The position numbers and the translations under genes were made by a program. From assembly GCA_035536185.1 (NCBI GenBank), contig DATLOM010000018.1, forward strand, positions 7,865-71,864: a stretch of 64,000 nucleotides of DNA, given 5' to 3'. The notes under the pieces were generated by a model. The model was not told the origin of the DNA. It was given only the letters and a program-made list of their open reading frames with translations, and made no database searches. Below are positions 17,762 to 26,262 of the stretch, piece after piece. Source of the DNA: Acidimicrobiales bacterium. GTDB taxonomy: Bacteria > Actinomycetota > Acidimicrobiia > Acidimicrobiales > GCA-2861595. How positions within the stretch are numbered: the stretch's first letter is position 1; each line of letters opens with the position of its first letter.

Positions 17762-18466
17762 TTGGTCCTCAGGGGTCACCACGGTCCAATCGAGTTGGGT
17801 AAGAGCGCGGTGAACGAACCCACCTCGTGGGAGCCCGTCATCGTGCTGCTTTCCGCCGCCATGGCTCTGGCACTGATGGTGCTGCGCTGGTTCATCTGGT
17901 CGCCAGCCTCGACCCGTCCGGTTATGTCGAGCCGCCTCGGGCCGGCGAGTTGGCGGTTCAGCGAGAGCTGGGCCTCGACGCTCACGGCCGTAGGCGCGTT
18001 GCTCGGGGCCATCCTCGGCACCGGGGTCCTGCCGCCCAACGGCCGGTACCTGTCCAGTCGGGAGTTCGTCCTCCTGAGCCTGCTGTTCGGATTTCTCGTC
18101 TTCCTGGCCCCGTTCATCTACAAAGCCACCACCTCCCCTGCCGAAGCCCCTGACCCCGGGGAGAGTGTTCCTGCTGAACCGGTTTTCGAAGGGTGGGTCG
18201 CCACGTTCCTCCTGGCCACCGCGGTGACGCTCTGGGCCGCTCTGGGGGAGCTCGCCACCCTGGGATTCATGGCCGCCGAGCTCGCCCCCGGAGGCACCGT
18301 TTCGTACCTGTTCGCCGCCGTCCTGGTGCTCGTAGCCGCCTTGATGCTGCGCTACTCGTGGTGCAACATCCGCTGGGTGCTGGAGGTCCAGGCCAAGCAC
18401 CAGCAGACGGTTCGGGGGATGGCAGTGCAGAACCGGCCGCCTCCAAGGCCATGGAACATGCTGTAG
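17762..18466 (+). CDS. Hypothetical integral membrane protein
   Basis: Has about five hydrophobic segments (VIVLLSAAMALALMVLRWFIW, TLTAVGALLGAILGTGVL, FVLLSLLFGFLVFLAPFIY, WVATFLLATAVTLWAAL, YLFAAVLVLVAALML). No recognisable family. Confidence 0.6.
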   Translation: MVLRGHHGPIELGKSAVNEPTSWEPVIVLLSAAMALALMVLRWFIWSPASTRPVMSSRLGPASWRFSESWASTLTAVGALLGAILGTGVLPPNGRYLSSREFVLLSLLFGFLVFLAPFIYKATTSPAEAPDPGESVPAEPVFEGWVATFLLATAVTLWAALGELATLGFMAAELAPGGTVSYLFAAVLVLVAALMLRYSWCNIRWVLEVQAKHQQTVRGMAVQNRPPPRPWNML

Positions 18467-18597
18467 GCGGAGCCCCGGCCCATGGGCCCGGGAACGATGC
18501 GGTGCCGCCGGCCAGACGTTGTTGCCGGTGACCTTCGCCGGTCCGGTACGGCGTAGGAGCGAACGATCGGCTCCCCTTCCACTCGGCGATACTCACC

Positions 18598-20613
18598 GTG
18601 AGGCGGATCGAGCCTGTCGCGCAATGGGTCACTACGCTTCCTGATGGTGCTTCAGGGTGGCACCGATTTCCTCAGGATCGGCCGGTGCGAATGGGAGCAA
18701 CTCCGGAGACTGCGGACGGCACGCCCTCCGAACCGGCGGCAGTGGTTCTGTTCGATGTCACCCTCCTCGGGGCCGTTCGTCGTTCGCGCCATTCCAGTCG
18801 GTACGACCGAATCGACGTGTCGCCTGAGGTACGGGAGGTTGTGGAGCACCTTCATGGACGCGGGGTGCGGCTCGGGGTGGTGACCACCGGCGAGGACGAC
18901 GCCGTCGCCAACCACCTCGGGGCCAGCCCTGTGGCCTCTCTCCTCGATGTGGACCTCGTTCTGGCCGGCATCGCTTCCCCAGAAGCTCTCGGGGGGACCG
19001 CAATCACGACACCCGCGGGCGCGCCAACAGGGACGCCGCCGCCATCCGTCCTCGTCGCCACCGACAGGAACGATCGAAGCCGGGCGATACAGGCGGGGCT
19101 TCGGGCCTGCCCCCATCCTCGGCTGGCCTGGCCGGTGCTCAATGGCATGCGCCTCCGATATGTCCGGGTCACCGTCCCCGACGCCCACGCGGACGTGCAA
19201 TGGCGGCCGGTGCTGCTGGCGCTTCCCTTCGTGCCCATCCGCGTCGCTGGCGACGGAGGACGCACCGTCTATGCCATAACCACCAACGCCGCCGCGGCCC
19301 AGCTCGACGATCTCGGGTTCCTGGTCGATCGACTGGGGGCCGAGGACGGTCCCCTGGTCACCGACGTCTACCTGCTGCGTGACGACCAGCAGGTCCGGAG
19401 CGGGTTCCTCGCGGCAGAGGGGTCGTCGACCGGGCGATTCGGCGATGACGCCGACGCCGGCAACGTCCTGGCCTCCACTGCCGAAGGGCTGTACGTCGCC
19501 TTTCCCGCCGGCCGGTCCGTCGAGAGCTACCACTTCGACGGGGCACACCACGGTCACACCGAGAGCCTGCTGCCGGACGTGAGCCTCCTCCAGCCGGTGG
19601 CCGTGCCCGTTCGGGCCGGTCTCGCCGCCGGCGAGGAGGAGCCGGGTCTGGGCGATGACGCCAAGCGCATTCTCGCCGAGCTCACACCGGAGGTCATCGC
19701 CGCGGACCTCCCTCGGTACGCGGGGACCGCCACACTCGACGGCGCCGGCGCCCACACCATTCGCAGCCGCCACATCCTCCACCCGGACAACCCGATGGTG
19801 GTCGAAGGCTTGGCCAAGGATCTCGAGTCCATAGGCGATGGCGCCCTCGAGGTCCGTCTCCACCCGTTCCGCCACGAGAGCCGTCTCCTCCACAACATCG
19901 AGGCGACGCTGGCCGGTGAAACGGATGACCTGGTCCTGGTGACGGCCCACCTGGACTCGACAGCGGCTTACTCTCCCGGTTACAAAGCCGACCGGGACGA
20001 CGCCCCCGGTGCCGACGACGATGCCAGCGGGGTCGTGGCCGTGCTCAACGTGGCCCGCTTGCTGCACCGCCTCGCCCAGCTGGGGCGACCACGGTGCACC
20101 ATCCGCTTCGTGCTGTTCAACGCCGAGGAGCACGGCCTGGTCGGCAGCAAGGCCTACGCCAGCGAGCAGGCGGCGCGGCGCAGCCCCATCGTCGCCGTGT
20201 TCCAGCTGGACATGATCGGGTTCAACCGGCAAGCGCCTCGCAGCTACGAGATCCATGCCGGGTGCGCGAGATCGCCGGACGTACAAGAGCGATCGTTGGC
20301 CCTGGCCCAACGGATCGGCCGCATGGCCCAGGAGGTGTCGCCCGAGTTGGAAGCGCCTCAGGTCTGCCCGGGCGCCGCACCCGGGGAACGAGACCTGGCC
20401 GACGGGAGGAGCGACCACGCCAGCTTCCAGTCGGTCGGCTACGCCGCCTGCGCGTTGACCGAGGACTTCTTCGCCGGCCCTGGGCTCGATGCGCCGAAGG
20501 CCGAGCCGAACCCGAACTACCACATGACCTCCGACACCTTCGTCGACGAGGCCTACACCGCCGACATCGCCAGGGCGGTCGCCGCCGCGGCGTGGCTCAT
20601 GGCGACCATGTAA
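18598..20613 (+). CDS. M28-family metallopeptidase with a long N-terminal extension (HAD-like plus unknown domain)
   Basis: The C-terminal M28 metal-ligand blocks are VTAHLDS, GADDDASGVVAVL, FNAEEHGLVGSKAY, QLDMIG and RSDHASF. The N-terminus has VVLFDVTLLG...GVRLGVVTTG, resembling a degenerate HAD fold. The start is uncertain; an internal M at MGATPETA is possible. Confidence 0.8.
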   Translation: MRRIEPVAQWVTTLPDGASGWHRFPQDRPVRMGATPETADGTPSEPAAVVLFDVTLLGAVRRSRHSSRYDRIDVSPEVREVVEHLHGRGVRLGVVTTGEDDAVANHLGASPVASLLDVDLVLAGIASPEALGGTAITTPAGAPTGTPPPSVLVATDRNDRSRAIQAGLRACPHPRLAWPVLNGMRLRYVRVTVPDAHADVQWRPVLLALPFVPIRVAGDGGRTVYAITTNAAAAQLDDLGFLVDRLGAEDGPLVTDVYLLRDDQQVRSGFLAAEGSSTGRFGDDADAGNVLASTAEGLYVAFPAGRSVESYHFDGAHHGHTESLLPDVSLLQPVAVPVRAGLAAGEEEPGLGDDAKRILAELTPEVIAADLPRYAGTATLDGAGAHTIRSRHILHPDNPMVVEGLAKDLESIGDGALEVRLHPFRHESRLLHNIEATLAGETDDLVLVTAHLDSTAAYSPGYKADRDDAPGADDDASGVVAVLNVARLLHRLAQLGRPRCTIRFVLFNAEEHGLVGSKAYASEQAARRSPIVAVFQLDMIGFNRQAPRSYEIHAGCARSPDVQERSLALAQRIGRMAQEVSPELEAPQVCPGAAPGERDLADGRSDHASFQSVGYAACALTEDFFAGPGLDAPKAEPNPNYHMTSDTFVDEAYTADIARAVAAAAWLMATM

Positions 20614-20705
20614 CTGGAGCTGGCGGGGGAGGTCGAGGCACGCCTCCCAGGCGAAGCCGTGTAGGCCATGCTGTAGCCGCGACGACCACCGCCGAGGAGA
20701 CCCCG

Positions 20706-20909
20706 ATGGAACGCATGACCACGGCCAAGAACGGGCTTTACCTGCTGATCGTGGGGACGCTGGCCCTCTACTTCGTGATCGGCGGCATCACCTGGGCCGT
20801 TCTCGCCTACAACGGCATCGCCATGCCCGAGGGCCTGGCGACGACCGTCGCCACCGTCGGCGGTGGGCTGCTGGGAACGTTGAGCCCCGGGGTCAAGAAG
20901 GAGGAGTAG
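20706..20909 (+). CDS. Small two-TM membrane protein (67 aa)
   Basis: ATG is preceded by GAGGAG. Reads MERMTTAKNGLYLLIVGTLALYFVIGGITWAVLAY...TTVATVGGGLLGTL, with strong GC3 bias. This is the last 67 codons of track ORF 20094-20909. Confidence 0.6.
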   Translation: MERMTTAKNGLYLLIVGTLALYFVIGGITWAVLAYNGIAMPEGLATTVATVGGGLLGTLSPGVKKEE

Positions 20910-20937
20910 GGCGGCACCGGTCGATAATGTTCCCGCG

Positions 20938-21534
20938 GTGGCGAATGCTCGCGCTGCGGGAGCTGGCATATGCGGCGCCACGATCTGGTTGACGGGGCTC
21001 CCCGCCTCGGGCAAGTCCACCATCGCCTCGGAGGCGGAGCGCCGGCTCCTGGAACGGGGCGTGGCCACGATCGTGCTCGATGGCGACGACCTGCGCCACG
21101 GCCTCAACCGGGACCTGGGGTTCAGCCCGGGGGACCGGCGGGAGAACGTCCGGCGTATAACCGAGGTGGCCCGGCTGTTTGCCCGGGCCGGGATCGTCGC
21201 CCTCGTCCCGGTGATCAGCCCCTACGCCGCCGGGCGGGCACGCTCCCGAGCGGTCCACGACGACGCCGGGCTCGCGTTCGCCGAGGTGTTCGTCCGCACT
21301 CCCCTGGCTGAGTGCGAGCGCCGGGACCCCAAGGGCCTCTACGCCCGCGCCCGGCGGGGTGAGGTGGCTGACTTCACCGGGGTGCACGACCCCTACGAGG
21401 TGCCGGAGCGGCCCGACCTGGAGGTTGCCACCATGGAACTATCGGTGGGGGAGGCCGGGGAGCTGGTGGTCGAGTTGGTGGCCGACCTCACCGGCCGGCA
21501 GCTCACCGCCGCCGGGTGGGACGACCACTCATGA
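20938..21534 (+). CDS. cysC: Adenylylsulfate (APS) kinase
   Basis: Has the P-loop WLTGLPASGKSTIA, plus VLDGDDLRHGLNRDLGFSPGDRRENVRRITEVA, VPVISPY, RDPKGLYARARRGE and FTGVHDPYE. It is stand-alone, not fused to CysN. Confidence 0.92.
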   Translation: MANARAAGAGICGATIWLTGLPASGKSTIASEAERRLLERGVATIVLDGDDLRHGLNRDLGFSPGDRRENVRRITEVARLFARAGIVALVPVISPYAAGRARSRAVHDDAGLAFAEVFVRTPLAECERRDPKGLYARARRGEVADFTGVHDPYEVPERPDLEVATMELSVGEAGELVVELVADLTGRQLTAAGWDDHS

Positions 21535-23747
21535 GCTGCCCTGCAGGCCAACTCCCCCATCACGGGCAAGCCGGCGGGCACCTTCGGTCCGAGGCGGGCC
21601 TTCATGCACATCGACCCAGGGGGCGCTGGGTGCCGCGCCTCCGGCTGGCGGCAGCAGCTTGCGTCCTGCTGGCCGGGCTGGGCGGCGCGGCGCCGGCCGG
21701 TGCCGCGGGCGACCTGGAGCTCCAGTTCCTCGACACCCGGCCGATCGTCGTGGACCTGGACGCCCTCGAAGACGAGGAGGCCCGGTGGCGAGTGGGTGTC
21801 TTCAACGGCCAGCCCGGCGGCCCCCAGCGGCTCAGCATGCACGTGGTCTTTGACCCGGTCGACGTCATCGTGGTCGAGGACGAGCCGGACGATCCTGTGC
21901 CCACCGGAACGACGGCGTCGTTCGTCATCGCCCTCGACGAGGAGCTGGCCGGCTCGGGTGAGCTGGTCGTCACGAGCGACAGCGGCGCCGCCGCTCGACG
22001 CCCGATAAGCGTCAGAAGGTCCGGCGAGGACGGCATCCCTGTGGGCGCCCTCCGCTTCTCGGGCACCAGGAGCCATCCGTTCGGCGGCGGGATACGGGTG
22101 CCGGCGCTGGAGGTGCCCGGCGCCCCCGGCGGGTCGAGCGACAGCGTTTCCATAGGGAGCGTCGTCTCCGGCTCCGGCGATGTCGCCCATCTCGTCCGCA
22201 GGGACGACGTGTTCGAAGTGGACGGCGTCGCCGGCACGGGCGAGTACACCGGCACTGCGGACCTCACGCCCGGCGCCGACGGTGGCGAGGCCGAGGTCAG
22301 CCTCACCGTGCGGGATGCCGCCGGCTGGCCACTGGCCCTCCTGTTGCTCGGTCTGGGGGCGGTGCAGGGTCTCGAGCGCTACCAGAAGCGCGTGCGTCCC
22401 CGGCGGGAGCTGGCGCTGCGGCTGGCCCATCTGAAGGACCGTGCCCGCCTCGCGCAGAAGGGCGCGAGCGGCCCGCTGCTCATCTGCGGGGAAGCCGACG
22501 AGGCCGAGCTCGTGCTCGACGTGGAGGCTGCCCGTGCCCTCGAGGCCTGGGACCGGGCCCGGACAGAGGCGGAGAGGTCGGTGTGGGACTTCGGCGGCGC
22601 GTCCTTCGCCCGGCTGTCTGCGGCGGTCGAGGACTTCGCAAGGCTGACCCATGAGCACGCCGACCTCGAGTCCCGCCGCCAGCGCGTCATCGCCCGTTGC
22701 CTGGAGGGCGACCGCGAGGCTGCGGAGCGGGCCCTCGACGGTTCTCCGGTGGGCGAGGCGCTGCGGCCCCGCCGTTTCACCCACATCGCGCACATCGCCG
22801 CCGCGGCCGAAGAGCTAGAAGCCGCCGCGGCCCACCTCGACCGCTTCGCCGTGCTCTACGAGCAACTGGGCCAGCTCGCCCGGTTCGGGGACGACGGGGT
22901 GCAGATGGGCGCGGCGGTCCTCCGGAGCAAGCTGTTGACGCCGGGAGTCGACCTGGACCCCTTGGAGGAGGAGGTCGAGGAGCTGCTCAAGGCGTGGAGG
23001 CCGGCGCCGACCAGGGTGGAGCAGCCGGCCGCTGCTGCCCGGGGGATGTCGCTTCCTTCCCCGCCCCCGGTCTCGGCCCCGTCAGCCGCGCCGGCACCCA
23101 CCCCCATCGAAGCGGCCCGAGCGAGGCGGGAGGCACGTCAGCGGCGCCGCGCCCTACCTCTGGCAGCAGGGTCCTTCGCCGCTCTGCTGGCGATCCTGTT
23201 GGCGGTGTCGTTGATCGGTGAAGAGGCCCAGGGCCCCGATAGGGGCCCTCGTGGCGGTGACGGTCCCCCGAGCACCGTCTTCAGCCCCGCCCCCGGAGGA
23301 GGCGACGGCACGGCGGGACCGCCGGGCCAGCCGGACGAGCTGCCCGACGCCCCTGTGAGCGCGCCGGCCACGCCGCCGCGACCAGCCGCTCCCACCGGCG
23401 ACGACGGCACCGGCACCAACGTCGTGGTCCCGGGCTTCCTGGTGCCCCTCGCCCTCGTGGTCGCGGTGCTCGGGGGTGTGCTGCTCGTGCTGCGGGCGCT
23501 GCGCCGACGGCGGCGGGCGGAAGACCTGGACAGCGCCCGCCTCGACAGGCTCCTGGCCTCCGAGGACCGGCGCTTCGCCCTGGCCAGCGGCCTTTTCGTG
23601 GTCGCCACCGGGATGTCGTTGCTCTACGTCCCGAACCCCACCTTCGGCGGCCCCGGCGACTACCTCACCGTCGTCCTCTGGGGTGCCGGGGTGGGCGAGG
23701 GGATCCAGCTCGTGCGCCGCATCCTGCCCGGCGTGCCGGGGCGCTGA
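21531..23747 (+). CDS. Large hypothetical multi-domain membrane protein (Pro/Ala-rich linkers)
   Basis: Its ATG overlaps the cysC stop (ATGA). It has a signal-like segment LRLAAAACVLLAGLGGAAPAGAAG and TM segments (WPLALLLLGLGAV, LAAGSFAALLAILLAVSLI, FLVPLALVVAVLGGVLLVL, FALASGLFVVATGMSLLY). There is a helical Glu/Arg/Ala-rich central region. No family recognised. Confidence 0.6.
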   Translation: MSCPAGQLPHHGQAGGHLRSEAGLHAHRPRGRWVPRLRLAAAACVLLAGLGGAAPAGAAGDLELQFLDTRPIVVDLDALEDEEARWRVGVFNGQPGGPQRLSMHVVFDPVDVIVVEDEPDDPVPTGTTASFVIALDEELAGSGELVVTSDSGAAARRPISVRRSGEDGIPVGALRFSGTRSHPFGGGIRVPALEVPGAPGGSSDSVSIGSVVSGSGDVAHLVRRDDVFEVDGVAGTGEYTGTADLTPGADGGEAEVSLTVRDAAGWPLALLLLGLGAVQGLERYQKRVRPRRELALRLAHLKDRARLAQKGASGPLLICGEADEAELVLDVEAARALEAWDRARTEAERSVWDFGGASFARLSAAVEDFARLTHEHADLESRRQRVIARCLEGDREAAERALDGSPVGEALRPRRFTHIAHIAAAAEELEAAAAHLDRFAVLYEQLGQLARFGDDGVQMGAAVLRSKLLTPGVDLDPLEEEVEELLKAWRPAPTRVEQPAAAARGMSLPSPPPVSAPSAAPAPTPIEAARARREARQRRRALPLAAGSFAALLAILLAVSLIGEEAQGPDRGPRGGDGPPSTVFSPAPGGGDGTAGPPGQPDELPDAPVSAPATPPRPAAPTGDDGTGTNVVVPGFLVPLALVVAVLGGVLLVLRALRRRRRAEDLDSARLDRLLASEDRRFALASGLFVVATGMSLLYVPNPTFGGPGDYLTVVLWGAGVGEGIQLVRRILPGVPGR

Positions 23748-23765
23748 TGCGAGGGGCGAGGGCCC

Positions 23766-26258
23766 TTGACGGCCTGTGCCGGGCGCGGCCATGGTGACGG
23801 GGTGACGGGAAGAACGGGGGCCGCAAGGGCCACAGGAACCGACACCCACTTCGACGTCGTCGTGGTGGGCTCCGGGTTCGGTGGCTCGGTGACGGCCTAC
23901 CGGCTGGCCGAGGCCGGCCTTCGCGTGTGCGTGCTGGAGCGGGGAAAGGCCTACCCCCCGGGGTCGTTCCCCCGCAGCCCCCGGGAGATGAAGGACAACT
24001 TCTGGGACCCGAGCGAGGGCAGGCACGGGCTGTTCAACGCCTGGTCGTTCCGCGGCCTCGAGGCGCTGGTGTCCGCCGGCCTCGGCGGTGGTTCGCTCAT
24101 CTACGCCAACGTGCTGCTCCGCAAGGACGAGAAGTGGTTCGTCCAGCGAAACCCGCACGGGCCGGGTTACGAGGAGTGGCCCATCACCCGGGCCGACCTC
24201 GACCCCCACTACGACGTGGTGGAGCGGATGCTCGCCCCGCAGCGCTTCCCGCTGGGGGCTCCCGGGTTCGAGCTGGCCAAGACGCGGGCCATGCAGGAGG
24301 CGGCGCAACGGCTGGGCCTGGAGTGGCAGCTGCCGAACCTGGCCATCACCTTCGCCAACGAGGCCGCACCACCTGCGATCGGCCAGCACATACCGGACGG
24401 CGACTACCCGAACCTGCACGGCCAGAGCCGCGTCACGTGCCGGCTCACCGGCGAGTGCGACCTGGGATGCAACAACGGCAGCAAGAACACGCTCGACCAC
24501 AACTACCTCTCAGCGGCCAAGCATCACGGTGCCGACATCAGGACCCGCTGCGAGGTGCGCAGCTTCGAGCCCCGCAACGGCGGTGGTTACTCGGTGAGCT
24601 ATGTCGAGCACCGTCCTGAGAACGAGGGACGCAAGGGGAAGAGCGGCCAACTCTCCCCCGTCACCCTCACCGCCGGGCGCCTGGTGCTGTCCGCAGGGTC
24701 CCTCGGCAGCACCTTCCTCCTCCTGCGCAACCGCAGCGCCTTCCCCGGCATCAGCCCTGCTCTCGGCTCCCGCTTCTGCGGTAACGGCGACCTCCTCGCC
24801 TTCATGCTGCGCAGTCGCACCCGCGACACCAAGAGAGGGCCGAGGGTGCTGGACGGCAGCAGGGGGCCGGTCATCACCAGCACCATCCGGGTCCCCGACG
24901 AGGTCGATATGGACGGGGATGTGGACGGGAACGGGGGCGGCCGCGGCTACTACGTGCAGGACGCCGGCTTCCCCGGCTTCGTGGACTGGATGCTCGAAGG
25001 GACACAGGCGCCGAGCACGGTGCACCGCCTCGCCCGCTTCGCCCTGCGCCGGCTGTGGGCCATGGTGACTCACAACCCCAAGAGCGATCTGAGCGGTGAG
25101 CTGGCCGCCCTGGTGGGCGACGGCCAGCTCTCGTCGGGCTCCCTGCCGCTGCTCGGGATGGGCCGGGACGTGCCCGACGGGCGCATGTCCCTGCGCAAGG
25201 GCTACCTGGACCTGGACTGGACCATCGACACGTCCAAGGAGTACTTCGACCGGGTGGCCGACACCATGAGGGCCATCTCGGACGAACTGGGGGCCAGCTT
25301 TCACATCAACCCGCTGTGGCGGCTGAAGCGGGTCATCACCGTTCACCCGCTGGGCGGCTCCCCCATGGGCCGCCACCACGGCGACGGGGTGGTCGACACC
25401 TATGGCGAGGTCTTCGGCTACCCCGGTCTGCACGTGGCCGACGGGTCGGTGATGCCCGGCCCGGTGGGGCCCAACCCGGCGCTGACGATCGCCGCCTTCG
25501 CCAACCGCATGTCCGACGCCATCCTGGAGGGCCGAACCAGCTCGCCGCCGCCGTCGTCACCGTCACCATCACCATCGCCGGTCCCGGCGCCGGCGCCGGG
25601 ACCGCCGTCGGACCCTGAGAGCACCCCGCCGACGGCGATCGAGTTCACGGAGGAGATGAAGGGGTACGTCACCTTCGGGGAGGACGACTTCCACCGTGGC
25701 TTCGAACAGGGCCGCCGGAACGACAACTTCCTCATGTTCCACCTCACCATCGAGACCGACGACGTGGAGCGGTTCGTGGCCGACCCCGCCCACCTGGCCG
25801 ACGCACGGGGATGGGTGGAGTGCGAGGCACTGGGCGGACGGCTCCCGGTTGAGCGGGGTGTCTTCAACTTGTTCGTGGAGACGTCCGACCCCGATCGCAC
25901 CAACATGCTGTACCGCCTCTTCTTCGCCGACGGCGCCGGCCACCCGCTCACCTTCGTGGGCTTCAAGGACGTAAAAGACGACCGGGGCCTCGACCTCTGG
26001 CGGGACACCACCACGCTGTTCACCCGCGTCCTGCGCGGCCACGTGGAGCCCGGGCACGACGGGGACGCCGAGGTGGTCGCCTCCGGGATCATCACCATCC
26101 ACCTTCTCGACTTCCTGGAGCAGCTCACCACCTTCCGCGCCCACGGGCCGAGCACGTCGGCCCGGGCCGAAGCCTTGGGCGACTTCGGCCGGCTCTTCCT
26201 CGGCAAGCTGTGGGACACCTATGCCGGCGCCGTCCTCGACGCCGCCGGGGCCCGCTGA
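23766..26258 (+). CDS. GMC-family FAD oxidoreductase (cholesterol-oxidase-like) with an extra C-terminal ~200-aa domain
   Basis: Has the FAD fingerprint HFDVVVVGSGFGGSVTAYRLAEAGLRVCVLERG and the C-terminal GMC block HPLGGSPMG...GLHVADGSVMPGPVGPNPALTIAA. A Pro/Ser linker then leads to the domain AIEFTEEMKGY...LWRDTTTLFTRV. The track start is TTG; GTG at 23802 is an alternative. Confidence 0.85.
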   Translation: MTACAGRGHGDGVTGRTGAARATGTDTHFDVVVVGSGFGGSVTAYRLAEAGLRVCVLERGKAYPPGSFPRSPREMKDNFWDPSEGRHGLFNAWSFRGLEALVSAGLGGGSLIYANVLLRKDEKWFVQRNPHGPGYEEWPITRADLDPHYDVVERMLAPQRFPLGAPGFELAKTRAMQEAAQRLGLEWQLPNLAITFANEAAPPAIGQHIPDGDYPNLHGQSRVTCRLTGECDLGCNNGSKNTLDHNYLSAAKHHGADIRTRCEVRSFEPRNGGGYSVSYVEHRPENEGRKGKSGQLSPVTLTAGRLVLSAGSLGSTFLLLRNRSAFPGISPALGSRFCGNGDLLAFMLRSRTRDTKRGPRVLDGSRGPVITSTIRVPDEVDMDGDVDGNGGGRGYYVQDAGFPGFVDWMLEGTQAPSTVHRLARFALRRLWAMVTHNPKSDLSGELAALVGDGQLSSGSLPLLGMGRDVPDGRMSLRKGYLDLDWTIDTSKEYFDRVADTMRAISDELGASFHINPLWRLKRVITVHPLGGSPMGRHHGDGVVDTYGEVFGYPGLHVADGSVMPGPVGPNPALTIAAFANRMSDAILEGRTSSPPPSSPSPSPSPVPAPAPGPPSDPESTPPTAIEFTEEMKGYVTFGEDDFHRGFEQGRRNDNFLMFHLTIETDDVERFVADPAHLADARGWVECEALGGRLPVERGVFNLFVETSDPDRTNMLYRLFFADGAGHPLTFVGFKDVKDDRGLDLWRDTTTLFTRVLRGHVEPGHDGDAEVVASGIITIHLLDFLEQLTTFRAHGPSTSARAEALGDFGRLFLGKLWDTYAGAVLDAAGAR

Positions 26259-26262
26259 CCAC

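Noticed and set aside
18652-20523. 623-aa ORF on the minus strand
   Set aside because: It is antisense to the M28 peptidase gene, whose metal-ligand motifs identify the real frame.
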